Assembly: GCA_043816835.1 (NCBI GenBank)
Contig: JBDRHJ010000099.1
Coordinates: 1-33,486 of the forward strand
From: Candidatus Omnitrophota bacterium
GTDB taxonomy: Bacteria; Omnitrophota; Gorgyraeia; Gygaellales; JAHJCI01
Direction: 5' to 3'
Length of the DNA stretch: 33,486 nucleotides
A model generated the notes under the pieces. The model was given only the letters and a program-made list of their open reading frames with translations. It had not been told where the DNA came from and ran no database searches. Shown piece after piece: positions 1 through 8,013 of the stretch; positions within the stretch are counted from its first letter, which is position 1; the number at the start of each line of letters is the position of its first letter. The translations under genes and the position numbers were made by a program.

Positions 1-172
1 GGGAATAAACCGATGCCTTCCACCAGGCTTGTTTTATATTATTTTTAAGCTCTATACCATAAGGCCCGTAATCCCAGGTATTACTTAATCCCCCGTAAAT
101 ATCAGAACCGGGGAATATAAAGCCCCGCCGCTTACAAAGCGAAACAATCTTATCCATTAAATCATTACTCAT
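1..172 (-). CDS. glyQS: glycine--tRNA ligase (dimeric GlyQS type). Only the N-terminal ~57 codons are present; the gene runs off the left edge.
   Basis: Too short for the ORF track. The reverse complement from the ATG at 172 reads [56 protein letters not shown]. This matches the conserved GlyRS N-terminus (RRGF..P..EIYGG...DYGP.G..LKNN). Confidence 0.8.
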   Translation of the reverse strand, partial: MSNDLMDKIVSLCKRRGFIFPGSDIYGGLSNTWDYGPYGIELKNNIKQAWWKASVYS

Positions 173-195
173 ATCTCTTACTCCCCGGGCCCGTT

Positions 196-1026
196 TTAAG
201 GGGTGAGTTTTTTAAGCTCTTCTTCTTTTATTGTAAAACTGTGTTCCTTGGCAGGAAAAACACCCTCAATGACTTCTTTCTTATACTCCTGAATTGCCTT
301 TTGAATCTGAACAGATAAATTGATATACTGCTTAATAAATTTAGGCTTAAAGCGCTCAAATAAGCCCAATAAATCATGGGTTACTAAGACCTGGCCATCA
401 CAATCAATGCCGGCCCCAATACCAATTGTCGGTATCTTTAATTTAATAGTAATGATCTCGGCTATTTTATTCGGAACACACTCAAGAACTATTGAAAAAC
501 AACCCACCCCCTCTAATCCCTGTGCCTGCTGAATTAATCGCTGGGCTGCTTGGGCATCTTTACCTTGAACCTTAAATCCACCCAATTTATCGGCAGTTTG
601 AGGCGTAAGCCCAATATGCCCCATTACCTTAATACCTGCTTTCACAAGCCCCTTGGTTACTTCTAAGCACTGGTCAAACCACTCTAATTTTACGGCATCA
701 CAGCCTGCTTCATTAATAAACCGCCTGGCATTGGCCAATGAATCAGAAGGATTAACCTGATAGGATTCATATGGCATGTCGCCGATTACCAATGCGGATT
801 TTGCTGCGCGGGTTACTGCCTTTGAATGATGAATCATTTCCGTCATTCCTACCTGCGTGGTTGACTCTAACCCCAGTACTACATTTGCAACTGAATCGCC
901 AACAAGAATCATATCAATCCCTGACCGGTCAATCAAAGACGCCAAAGGAAAATCATAGGCTGTAAGCATGGTTATCTTACGCTTTCCCTTCATTGAGATG
1001 ATATCTTCAACTGTAATTTTGGCCAT
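196..1026 (-). CDS. panB: 3-methyl-2-oxobutanoate hydroxymethyltransferase (ketopantoate hydroxymethyltransferase)
   Basis: 276-aa ORF. The N-terminus ([15 protein letters not shown]...[17 protein letters not shown]) and GDMPYESYQ are typical PanB motifs. Confidence 0.95.
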   Translation of the reverse strand: MAKITVEDIISMKGKRKITMLTAYDFPLASLIDRSGIDMILVGDSVANVVLGLESTTQVGMTEMIHHSKAVTRAAKSALVIGDMPYESYQVNPSDSLANARRFINEAGCDAVKLEWFDQCLEVTKGLVKAGIKVMGHIGLTPQTADKLGGFKVQGKDAQAAQRLIQQAQGLEGVGCFSIVLECVPNKIAEIITIKLKIPTIGIGAGIDCDGQVLVTHDLLGLFERFKPKFIKQYINLSVQIQKAIQEYKKEVIEGVFPAKEHSFTIKEEELKKLTP

Positions 1027-1045
1027 CGTAAATCAAGCTAGTAAA

Positions 1046-1073
1046 CCCCATTAGAGAGAATTCTCTAACTGAG
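1046..1073. repeat. Degenerate copy of palindromic repeat family A (CCCCATTAGAGA-gaat-TCTCTAACTGAG)
   Basis: Lies in the panB/nfnB spacer. It has the same GTAAACCCC(G/A)TTAGA leader as the copy at 2498. The 7-bp stem is TTAGAGA/TCTCTAA. Confidence 0.5.
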
Positions 1074-1098
1074 TAAATCACAAATAAAAATCGGGGTT

Positions 1099-2484
1099 TT
1101 AATTCTTTTGATTTCTAATATAGCTGTCGATCTCTACTGCTGCTTTTTTTCCTGCACCCATTGCCGAAATCACGGTATCAGCCCCGGTAATAATATCCCC
1201 TCCGGCAAAAACACCCGAAATTGAAGTCATTAATTTGTCATCTACCCAAACTGTCCCATTAGGGTTAATCTTTAACCTCGGCGTAACCTTGCTGATTAAC
1301 GGATTCGGCTTCTGGCCAATTGCAACAACCACTGTATCAACATCAAGCACAAAATTGGAACCCTCTATTGGAACAGGCCGCTTTCTGCCTGAAGAATCCG
1401 GCTTACCCAATTCCATTTTTATGCATTCTAGCCCTTGGACAAAACCGTCTTTATCGCTTATTATTTTTATTGGCTGGGTAAGTAATCGAAATTTTAACCC
1501 TTCTTCCTTGGCATTTTCAATCTCCTCATTACGGGCAGGCATTTCGTTTTCTGTGCGCCGATAAACTATTTGCGTGTCTCTACCTAATCTAATACCAACC
1601 CGCGCGCAATCAAAGGCTACATTACCACCCCCGATTACAACAACCTTATTTCCGATATTTATTGGTGTGGCATAATCAGGAAACTGATAAGCCTTCATCA
1701 GGTTTATCCGGGTAAGGAACTCATTTGCCGAATATACCCTACCGAGGTTTTCGCCAAGGATACCAAGGAATTGAGGCAGCCCTGCTCCGACAGCAAGAAA
1801 TACTGCCGAGGCACCTTCGGTAAATAAATCCGCAAGAGTGAATGTACGGCCAACAAGAATATTAGTATGCAATTCTACGCCAAGGCCTTTAATATAATCC
1901 ACTTCTCTGCGGACAATACTTTTGGGTAAACGGAATTCCGGAATTCCGTAGTTCAATACCCCGCCAGCAATATGCAATGACTCAAAGAGCAAAACGCGAT
2001 ATCCTATTCTAGCAAGATCTGCGGCTGCTGTCAAGCCAGCTGGCCCACTACCCACTACAACAACCTTTGCTTGCCCTGAATCAACAACCGGGGGTATCTT
2101 GTTATCGCTGACATCGGGTTGGGTTAATTCAAAATCAGCGGCATATCTCTCTAATGCCCCGATATTGATTGGTTGGCCGGTTTTGATAAGCACGCAAAGT
2201 TCTTCACACTGGTTTTCCTGCGGACATACGCGGCCGCAAATTGCCGGCAGATTATTCCTTTGCTTTATCTTTAGAAGCGCCTCTTGGCGTTTATTCTGCA
2301 AAATAAAATTAATGAAACCCGGAATATCTATCCCAATTGGACAACCGTCTACACATTTTGGCTTTTTACACTGAAGACACCTCTTTGCCTCCAGTTTAGC
2401 CTGCCGCTCAGAAAGCCCATGGGAAACCTCGTTAAAATTCTTACTTCGCTGTTTGGGGGATTGCTGTTGAACTTTTTGTCGCAT
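1099..2484 (-). CDS. nfnB: NADPH-dependent glutamate-synthase-beta-like oxidoreductase, large subunit of an NfnAB/SudAB-type ferredoxin:NADP oxidoreductase
   Basis: 461 aa. The N-terminus has two Cys clusters (CLQCKKPKCVDGCP, CGRVCPQENQCEELC). Two Rossmann GxGxxG motifs follow (VVVVGSGPAGL, VVVIGGGNVAFD). It is adjacent to a PyrK-like partner subunit. Confidence 0.85.
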   Translation of the reverse strand: MRQKVQQQSPKQRSKNFNEVSHGLSERQAKLEAKRCLQCKKPKCVDGCPIGIDIPGFINFILQNKRQEALLKIKQRNNLPAICGRVCPQENQCEELCVLIKTGQPINIGALERYAADFELTQPDVSDNKIPPVVDSGQAKVVVVGSGPAGLTAAADLARIGYRVLLFESLHIAGGVLNYGIPEFRLPKSIVRREVDYIKGLGVELHTNILVGRTFTLADLFTEGASAVFLAVGAGLPQFLGILGENLGRVYSANEFLTRINLMKAYQFPDYATPINIGNKVVVIGGGNVAFDCARVGIRLGRDTQIVYRRTENEMPARNEEIENAKEEGLKFRLLTQPIKIISDKDGFVQGLECIKMELGKPDSSGRKRPVPIEGSNFVLDVDTVVVAIGQKPNPLISKVTPRLKINPNGTVWVDDKLMTSISGVFAGGDIITGADTVISAMGAGKKAAVEIDSYIRNQKN

Positions 2485-2497
2485 ATTTTAAGGTAAA

Positions 2498-2526
2498 CCC
2501 CGTTAGAAATAAAATTTCTAACCGGG
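2498..2526. repeat. Family A palindromic hairpin (CCCCGTTAGAAAT-aaa-ATTTCTAACCGGG, one bulge)
   Basis: Inverted repeat read directly from the sequence, in the nfnB/nfnA spacer. Confidence 0.8.
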
Positions 2527-2543
2527 CTAACGTTTTGCGTTGA

Positions 2544-2572
2544 CCCCGTTAGAAAGTTCCTTTCTAACGGGG
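2544..2572. repeat. Family A palindromic hairpin (CCCCGTTAGAAAG-ttc-CTTTCTAACGGGG), perfect 13-bp stem
   Basis: The arms are exact reverse complements. Confidence 0.9.
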
Positions 2573-2583
2573 CTGACGATGGC

Positions 2584-2597
2584 TTTCTCTAACGGGG
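2584..2597. repeat. Family A half-site (TTTCTCTAACGGGG)
   Basis: Matches the right arm of family A. I see no left-arm partner for it. Confidence 0.5.
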
Positions 2598-2604
2598 TAA
2601 AAGA

Positions 2605-3522
2605 TTAATCTAACAGTTGTTGCTCTTGGGTTTTGAATTGATTAAGCCTTTTTTCTAATTCCTGAAAATCAACCAGATGGCCGTCGAAATCAGTCCCTTC
2701 AACACAAGCAAACTTGATTTTATTCCCAACCGTACAACGACAGGCACCGCACATCCCGGTTGCGTCCACCATTATCGGATTCAAATTCACGATAGTCTTT
2801 ATTTTAAACCGGCGCGTAAACTCACAGACTGCACGCATCATTGCAACCGGGCCAACCGCATAAACTAAGTCAATCTGCCATTCAGCATCCTGCCCTGGCG
2901 GATCGCCCTTTTCTTCCCTGTATTTCAACCCTGCCTTTTCTAAAAAGATTGCCTTTAGGATATCAGTAACAAAGCCCTTTTGGCCATAAGATCCGTTATC
3001 AGTAGCAATATATAATTCACTACAGGCCTCCCGCATCTTGTCTTCTAAGATAAGCAATTCCTTATTGCGCGCACCAACAATACCAACAACACTTAAGCCC
3101 TCGTCTTTAAATGCCCTTGATATAGGAAATGCCTCGGCAATCCCCACCCCACCCCCAACACAGATTATTTTGCGGCTTGTTTTAGAATTACCCGGGGCTG
3201 AATTTGATAAAGGAGAACCTTTCAAAGAAAAATCTTTAACCTGCGCCGGCTGCCCCAACGGGCCAAGTATATGCGCGATTGAATCGCCGGTGTTTTTCGC
3301 AGCTAATTTGCTTGTGGAAAAACCTACCTCTTGAAAGATTAAGGTAATCTTCCCCTTGGAAGCATCCCAATCTGCCAAGGTTAAAGGAATGCGCTCACCC
3401 TTCTCGTCATTAATCACTACAACAAACTGGCCGGCTTGAGCCTTATTTGCAATAAGCGGGGCCTCAATATCTAATTTAGTAATTTGCCCGGCTAATTTAA
3501 CCTTGTTAATTATTTTAAACAT
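2605..3522 (-). CDS. nfnA: PyrK-like FAD/[2Fe-2S] electron-transfer subunit, small subunit of the NfnAB/SudAB-type oxidoreductase
   Basis: Carries the C-terminal Cys cluster CGACRCTVGNKIKFACVEG and GGGVGIAEAFPI. I moved the start to the ATG at 3522 (MFKIINKVKL...). The 24 upstream codons of the tracked ORF run through hairpin repeats. Confidence 0.8.
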   Translation of the reverse strand: MFKIINKVKLAGQITKLDIEAPLIANKAQAGQFVVVINDEKGERIPLTLADWDASKGKITLIFQEVGFSTSKLAAKNTGDSIAHILGPLGQPAQVKDFSLKGSPLSNSAPGNSKTSRKIICVGGGVGIAEAFPISRAFKDEGLSVVGIVGARNKELLILEDKMREACSELYIATDNGSYGQKGFVTDILKAIFLEKAGLKYREEKGDPPGQDAEWQIDLVYAVGPVAMMRAVCEFTRRFKIKTIVNLNPIMVDATGMCGACRCTVGNKIKFACVEGTDFDGHLVDFQELEKRLNQFKTQEQQLLD

Positions 3523-3532
3523 TTTCAATGAC

Positions 3533-3551
3533 CCCCGACGATACGTCGGGG
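3533..3551. other. Perfect 8-bp hairpin CCCCGACG-ata-CGTCGGGG, 10 nt upstream of the nfnA ATG
   Basis: Exact inverted repeat. On the coding strand its 3' arm supplies the only purine-rich, SD-like stretch (GGGGG) before the ATG. Confidence 0.7.
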
Positions 3552-3555
3552 CGAA

Positions 3556-3656
3556 TTGGCCCTTGACATTTTGTTTTCGAATAACAACCAGCAAAAAATG
3601 TCAAGGGCCAAGTTTAGTCAGACGGCTTAGCTTCACTTCGTTCGCTAAGTCGTGGC
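3556..3656. repeat. Family B composite: a 17-bp perfect hairpin (TTGGCCCTTGACATTTT / AAAATGTCAAGGGCCAA) plus an ACGGCTTAGCTTCACTTCGTTCGCTAAGTCGTGGC tail
   Basis: The hairpin arms at 3556-3572 and 3595-3611 are exact complements. The tail at 3622-3656 recurs at 31438-31473, and an inverted copy lies at about 31327-31366. The CCCTTGACATTTT hairpin recurs at 25472-25519. Confidence 0.85.
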
Positions 3657-3657
3657 T

Positions 3658-4704
3658 TCATCTGACATTTGTTTCTTCAATTATCCTAACCTCGGCATTA
3701 AATCTCTTTGCCAAATCAATCCCCTTTTTCTGGCCTAAAATCAAAATACTGGTTGCCAGAATATCAGCAGTTAAGCAATCATCGACAATAACCGTTACGC
3801 TAACCACCCCGGAGTCTGCCGGCCTTCCGGTTTTAGGATTAAGGATATGGCTATAGCGTTTTTGGTCAACAACAAAATACTGTTCATAATCACCCGAGGT
3901 TGCTACAGCCTTGTCACTCAATTCCAGGTATCCGCTAAAACCTTTATTGCGCCCTGACTTAATTGCCACGCGCCAGGGTTGGCCGAATTTATTACCTAAA
4001 CAATATATATCTCCGCCGGCATTCAAAAGCGCGCTATCAATCCCTGCTAAACGCAATTCCCGAACCGCACAATCTACGGCAAATCCTTTGGCAATTGCCC
4101 CTAAATCAATCTTCATCCCCTTAACCTCAAACTCAACAATATTATCACGTAAATTCATTTTGTCAATTCCGATTAAGCTTAATGTTTTTTTGATTTTCGC
4201 ATCCTCGGGAATATGATAATCCTTATTATAAAACCCCCATAATTCAACCAGGGGGGCAATTGTAATATCAAAAACACCCCCGGTCTCACCCCAAAACTTA
4301 ATTGCCTTATTAATTACCAGAAGGGTTTGGGGGCTCACCCTTAAGCTGCCTTGCTTATTTAAGCGTGAAATCTCGCTTTCTTCTTTATATAAACTTAATA
4401 AATTCTCAATCCTTTCTATTTCCCCAAATGCAATATCTGCTGCCCGGCTATCAGGTGAAATTACCTCAATAACCGTGCCCATCATTAAGCGGTTGTCTGT
4501 ATATAAACGTTGCCCCTGGCAACCGCAGAAGACAAAGGACAGAAGACAGAAAACAGAGAACAGGCGACAGAGAACAGAAGACAGAAAAACCTGTCTCTTC
4601 ACCCCTGAGGACAGAAAACAGAGGACAGAAAACAGAGAACAAAGAACGGAGGACAGAAGAATTTTACTGCGCGTTTTTAAAGTCTTACAACGCTGAACAA
4701 TCAT
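3658..4704 (-). CDS. apbE: ApbE-family FAD:protein FMN transferase, probably a lipoprotein; the start codon is uncertain
   Basis: The body is typical ApbE (MMGTVIEV..., AIAKGFAVD, GGDIY, VATSGDYEQYF, HILNPKTG). The ATG at 4704 overlaps the polX stop codon as ATGA. An alternative GTG at 4602 would give a classic signal peptide, VKRQVFLSSVLCRLFSVFCLLSFVFCGC. Confidence 0.85.
   Translation of the reverse strand: MIVQRCKTLKTRSKILLSSVLCSLFSVLCFLSSGVKRQVFLSSVLCRLFSVFCLLSFVFCGCQGQRLYTDNRLMMGTVIEVISPDSRAADIAFGEIERIENLLSLYKEESEISRLNKQGSLRVSPQTLLVINKAIKFWGETGGVFDITIAPLVELWGFYNKDYHIPEDAKIKKTLSLIGIDKMNLRDNIVEFEVKGMKIDLGAIAKGFAVDCAVRELRLAGIDSALLNAGGDIYCLGNKFGQPWRVAIKSGRNKGFSGYLELSDKAVATSGDYEQYFVVDQKRYSHILNPKTGRPADSGVVSVTVIVDDCLTADILATSILILGQKKGIDLAKRFNAEVRIIEETNVR
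4528..4662 (-). repeat. Two blocks of tandem heptanucleotides (plus-strand GARRACA, coding-strand TGTYYTC) inside the apbE 5' end
   Basis: Block 1, 4528-4590: GAAGACA AAGGACA GAAGACA GAAAACA GAGAACA GGCGACA GAGAACA GAAGACA GAAAAAC. Block 2, 4607-4662: GAGGACA GAAAACA GAGGACA GAAAACA GAGAACA AAGAACG GAGGACA GAAGAAT. Confidence 0.85.
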
Positions 4705-6411
4705 TTTTTTATTACTTTTAAGAATTTTTCAACCGGCAGGGTATTAAGTAAGTCTTTTTCTTCAAGCCAGGCGCGCCTGGCTACGGAAAGACCAAACTGC
4801 ATTACCGATAACCCGTCTATTGTGTGAGCGTCTGTGCCGATAGCTAAACGCACCCCTGCCCTTTTTGCCTGACGTGCGTTAAGATCGTTTAAATCCAGCC
4901 GGGCAGGAAAGGCATTTATCTCCAAGGCAGTATTCGTATCACGGCAAACACTTAATAACTGATCAAAATCCAATTCATATGCATCGCGTGCGCTCCATAA
5001 TCTTCCTGTGGGATGCGCAATAATATGAACATGGCGATTTTGACAGGCATTAATTATCCGCTGGCTAAGCTTGGCTTTTGACTGCCTGAAGCCGCTATGA
5101 ATTGCAGCAATAACAAGGTCAAATTCACGAAGCACACGATCAGAATAATCAAGCCTGCCTTCAGAGTCTATATCCACCTCTGCGCCGTAAAGAACACGAA
5201 AATCCCTAAGGCGGCGGTTAATCCGGTCAATTTCCTTTTTCTTTTTCTTTAAATCGCGGGCACTTAATCCGCCGGCGATCTTAAGGCGCTGAGAATGGTC
5301 GGTAATCGCAATGTAAGAATACCCCCTTCTTCCTTGCTGCCTCGACCATCTCCTCTATGGAATTCTCACCGTCAGAAAACGACGAATGAACATGTAGATC
5401 AGCGCGAATCATCTTTATGTCAATAAGCTTAGGCAGCTTATTCTTCTTTGCTAATTCTACCTCACCCATATCTTCCCTTAATTCCGGCGGGATATAACAC
5501 ATCTTGAGCAATTTAAAAATTTCTTTCTCGGTGCGTCCGCCTAAATATTTGTTTTTACGAAAAATCCCGTACTCATTAATCTTGAACCCTTCTCTCGCCG
5601 CTATCGAGCGAAGCTTTATATTAAAATTCTTGGAGCCGGTAAAATAAAGCAAGGCTGCACCAAAAGATTTATTTGCAATTACCCGGCAATCAACTTGCGT
5701 ATCCTGGATAGTAAGCAGAGAAGATTTAGTCGTACCCTTAGCCTGGATATTCTTAACAAACGGCAATTGGGTAAATTTATCGATAACCTTGCTAGGCTTA
5801 GAAGATGCAATCAAAATATCAATATCCCTTACGGTTTCCTTCTGGCGCCTAAGGCTGCCCGCAGGGCTAATCTTTTTAACATAAGGCAATTTAACTAACC
5901 GGCTGACAAATTCTTCGGCTACCTGAACCGCCGTTGACAGCGGCATCCGCTCCCTATCTTTTTTAAAAAGCAATAATCCCCGCCTGATATTATCAACTGT
6001 TTTCTGCTTTATTCCAAAGATACCAATTAACCTATTGCCCTTGATTGCCTTTTCTAAATCTTTAACGCTTTTTATATTTAATTTCTTATACAGATTATGG
6101 ACAGTCTTTGGCCCAACCGAAGGAATATTAAGTAAATCCAAAAGCCCCCCGGGAAGGCTTTTTTTAAGACGGCCATAAAACTCCAGCCTTCCGGTAGCGG
6201 CAACCTCCTTTATCTTATTGCTTAAATCCCGCCCAATCCCCGGAATGCTCGACAGCCTTTCTTCCCTGATTAAAATGCGGATATCTTCGGTAAGGTCTTT
6301 TAGGCTTTGTGCTGCTTTTTGATAAGCGCGGATACGAAAGGGGTTATCTTGCTTAATCTCTAAAATTTTTGCTACATTGCTAAAGATTTGGGCAATCTTT
6401 AGGTTCTCCAT
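4701..6411 (-). pseudogene. polX: Family X DNA polymerase with C-terminal PHP domain (PolX), split by a 1-nt frameshift in a homopolymer
   Basis: ORF 5281-6411 has the Pol-beta-like N-terminus (helix-hairpin-helix, GIGRDLSNKI, GSLRRQKETVRDIDIL). It ends just after the first PHP motif, DLHVHSSFSDG. Removing one G from the coding-strand GGGGG (plus-strand C5 at 5322-5326) gives KKGYSYIAITDHSQRLKIAGG...YGAEVDIDSEGRL. That reads straight into ORF 4701-5177. Total length would be about 570 aa, normal for PolX. Confidence 0.85.
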
Positions 6412-6416
6412 CTTCC

Positions 6417-6794
6417 TTATTGCTGCTCAAAAATCATTCGTATAATATTTTCTAAATGTCCCGGGGGTGTCTTGTGTTTTACAAGACAAGCCAGTGCCCC
6501 CCTGCTTTTTAACTTGTCTATATCTTCACTAGAATCCCTTCCGGTAAACGCAATAACCGGCACATCCTTTGTTTGGGGATCCCCTTTACATGTATCAAGA
6601 AAAGCAAAGCCATCGATATCGGGAAGGATCAAATCCAAGATTACCAAATCAACATTCTCGGACTTAAGCTTTGCTATCCCCTCTTTTCCGTCTTTAGCAA
6701 TGACCACTTCGTAGTCAGCGTCTTGCAGGGAATCACGGGTAATCATTAAGGTCAGGGCATCGTCATCAATAAGCAGGATTTTCTTTTTTGTCAT
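6417..6794 (-). CDS. Stand-alone response-regulator receiver domain protein (CheY-like)
   Basis: Contains KILLIDDD, the phospho-acceptor context LVILDLILPDIDG, and a conserved Lys in LVKHKTP. The start is placed at the ATG at 6794 (MTKKK), preceded by GGAGGGGGGAG. Confidence 0.85.
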   Translation of the reverse strand: MTKKKILLIDDDALTLMITRDSLQDADYEVVIAKDGKEGIAKLKSENVDLVILDLILPDIDGFAFLDTCKGDPQTKDVPVIAFTGRDSSEDIDKLKSRGALACLVKHKTPPGHLENIIRMIFEQQ

Positions 6795-6880
6795 TATCTC
6801 CCCCCTCCATAGGTAGCGCATCGCTATCTTCTGCGCCTTTGTTTTTATTTAGATCATGCGAGCTTTTAGTTATGACTAAC

Positions 6881-6921
6881 TCGAGTGTGTAGCCGAAGCT
6901 ACATATCTTTTTAGCACTCGA
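6881..6921 (-). other. Nested stem-loop just downstream of the panE stop; the apical hairpin has a C(UUCG)G tetraloop on the transcribed strand
   Basis: Outer stem TCGAGTG/CACTCGA. Inner stem TGTAGC-cgaa-GCTACA on the plus strand, giving a UUCG loop on the minus strand. No U-tract follows, so it is not a canonical intrinsic terminator. Confidence 0.45.
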
Positions 6922-6942
6922 TGATTAAACAAAAACCTGGCC

Positions 6943-7872
6943 TCAATCAATCTTTAATCCGTAACTTGACTCAATCGTCTTAATCAAGTCAACCAGGAAA
7001 TTATTAACCGGTACAGGTATACCCATACCTTGAGCATAACGCACAATTACACCATTAATAAAATCTATCTCGGTGTGTTTTTTCTTTAAAACATCTGCCA
7101 GCATCGAACAAGTATTATTGGCGGTAGCCAAACAAACCGCCTCTACCTTAGCTAGCGGATCATCAAACTGAAGCTTTATCCTTTTTCGTTTTGCTATCTT
7201 AACAGCCTCAGCAACCGCCTGCCGCATAATCTGGCGCGCGCCATCAAATTCCAATAACTGCCCGTTCCTCAAGCGGGTAATCGCAGCAAGGCTGTTTATA
7301 CCTACGTTAATAATCAGTTTTGACCAGAGTACTCCCTTGATATCGCGCGAAAGACGGGTAGGAATGCCTACCTCATTAAATATCCGGCGTATTTCTCTTA
7401 ATTGCGAAGTCAGCTTGCTGTCAATGCGGCCGATAACCGTATCACCAAAACCGGCATGTGATAACTTCCCCACCTCGAGTAAATTAGCCCCCTGACTGGT
7501 TACGCCGACAAATATATCCTGCCGGTTAAAAACCTCGCTGATTAACTCCATGTTGCCAATACCGTTCTGCAAGGTAAGTATCGAGCTATTTGTATCAATA
7601 AGCGGACGGATGTAATTTATCAATTTTTTTGTATCATAAGACTTCACGCAAACAATCAAAAGATCGCAACTCCCAATTTCATTGGGGTTAGCACAAACTC
7701 GGACCTTTGCCTGCCAAGCCCCTGATACCCCGTTTATGCTTATGCCTTCTAGGTTTAATTTTTCCGCGCGCGCATTATCTTTATCTAAAAGCCAAATATC
7801 CTCCTTGGATTTTGATAAATAAGCGGCAAACAATAATCCGATTGCCCCCGGCCCTGCAATAACTATTTTCAT
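6943..7872 (-). CDS. panE: 2-dehydropantoate 2-reductase (ketopantoate reductase)
   Basis: 309 aa. It has the N-terminal MKIVIAGPGAIG Rossmann motif and a PanE/ApbA-like body (VKSYDT, LQNGIG, SMLADV). Confidence 0.9.
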   Translation of the reverse strand: MKIVIAGPGAIGLLFAAYLSKSKEDIWLLDKDNARAEKLNLEGISINGVSGAWQAKVRVCANPNEIGSCDLLIVCVKSYDTKKLINYIRPLIDTNSSILTLQNGIGNMELISEVFNRQDIFVGVTSQGANLLEVGKLSHAGFGDTVIGRIDSKLTSQLREIRRIFNEVGIPTRLSRDIKGVLWSKLIINVGINSLAAITRLRNGQLLEFDGARQIMRQAVAEAVKIAKRKRIKLQFDDPLAKVEAVCLATANNTCSMLADVLKKKHTEIDFINGVIVRYAQGMGIPVPVNNFLVDLIKTIESSYGLKID

Positions 7873-7887
7873 ACTGCTGCTCCCTAA

Positions 7888-7989
7888 CCCTCGGCTTCGC
7901 TCGGGACCTTAAGAGTCATAAGTTTTAAGTCATAAGTCATAAATTTCCAAACTTACAACCTATGACTTATGACCTAAAACTTATGACCC
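7888..7989. repeat. Family C element, copy 1: CCCTCGGCTTCGCTCGGG box, TTAAGAG, then a 29-bp imperfect hairpin built from AGTCATA heptamers
   Basis: Left arm 7913-7941 is GAGTCATAAGTTTTAAGTCATAAGTCATA. Right arm 7961-7989 is its reverse complement at 27 of 29 positions. The loop is 19 nt. Copies lie at 29780 and 33387. Confidence 0.9.
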
Positions 7990-8013
7990 AGAGAACCCTA
8001 CCCTTCACTAAAT

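Noticed and set aside
3523-3594. N-terminal extensions in the tracked ORFs of nfnA (to 3594), the receiver protein (to 6821), rsmA (to 17858) and hisB (to 31329)
   Set aside because: In each case an internal ATG has a better RBS or an ATGA overlap with the upstream gene and matches the usual family N-terminus. The extensions run through hairpin repeats or the preceding gene.
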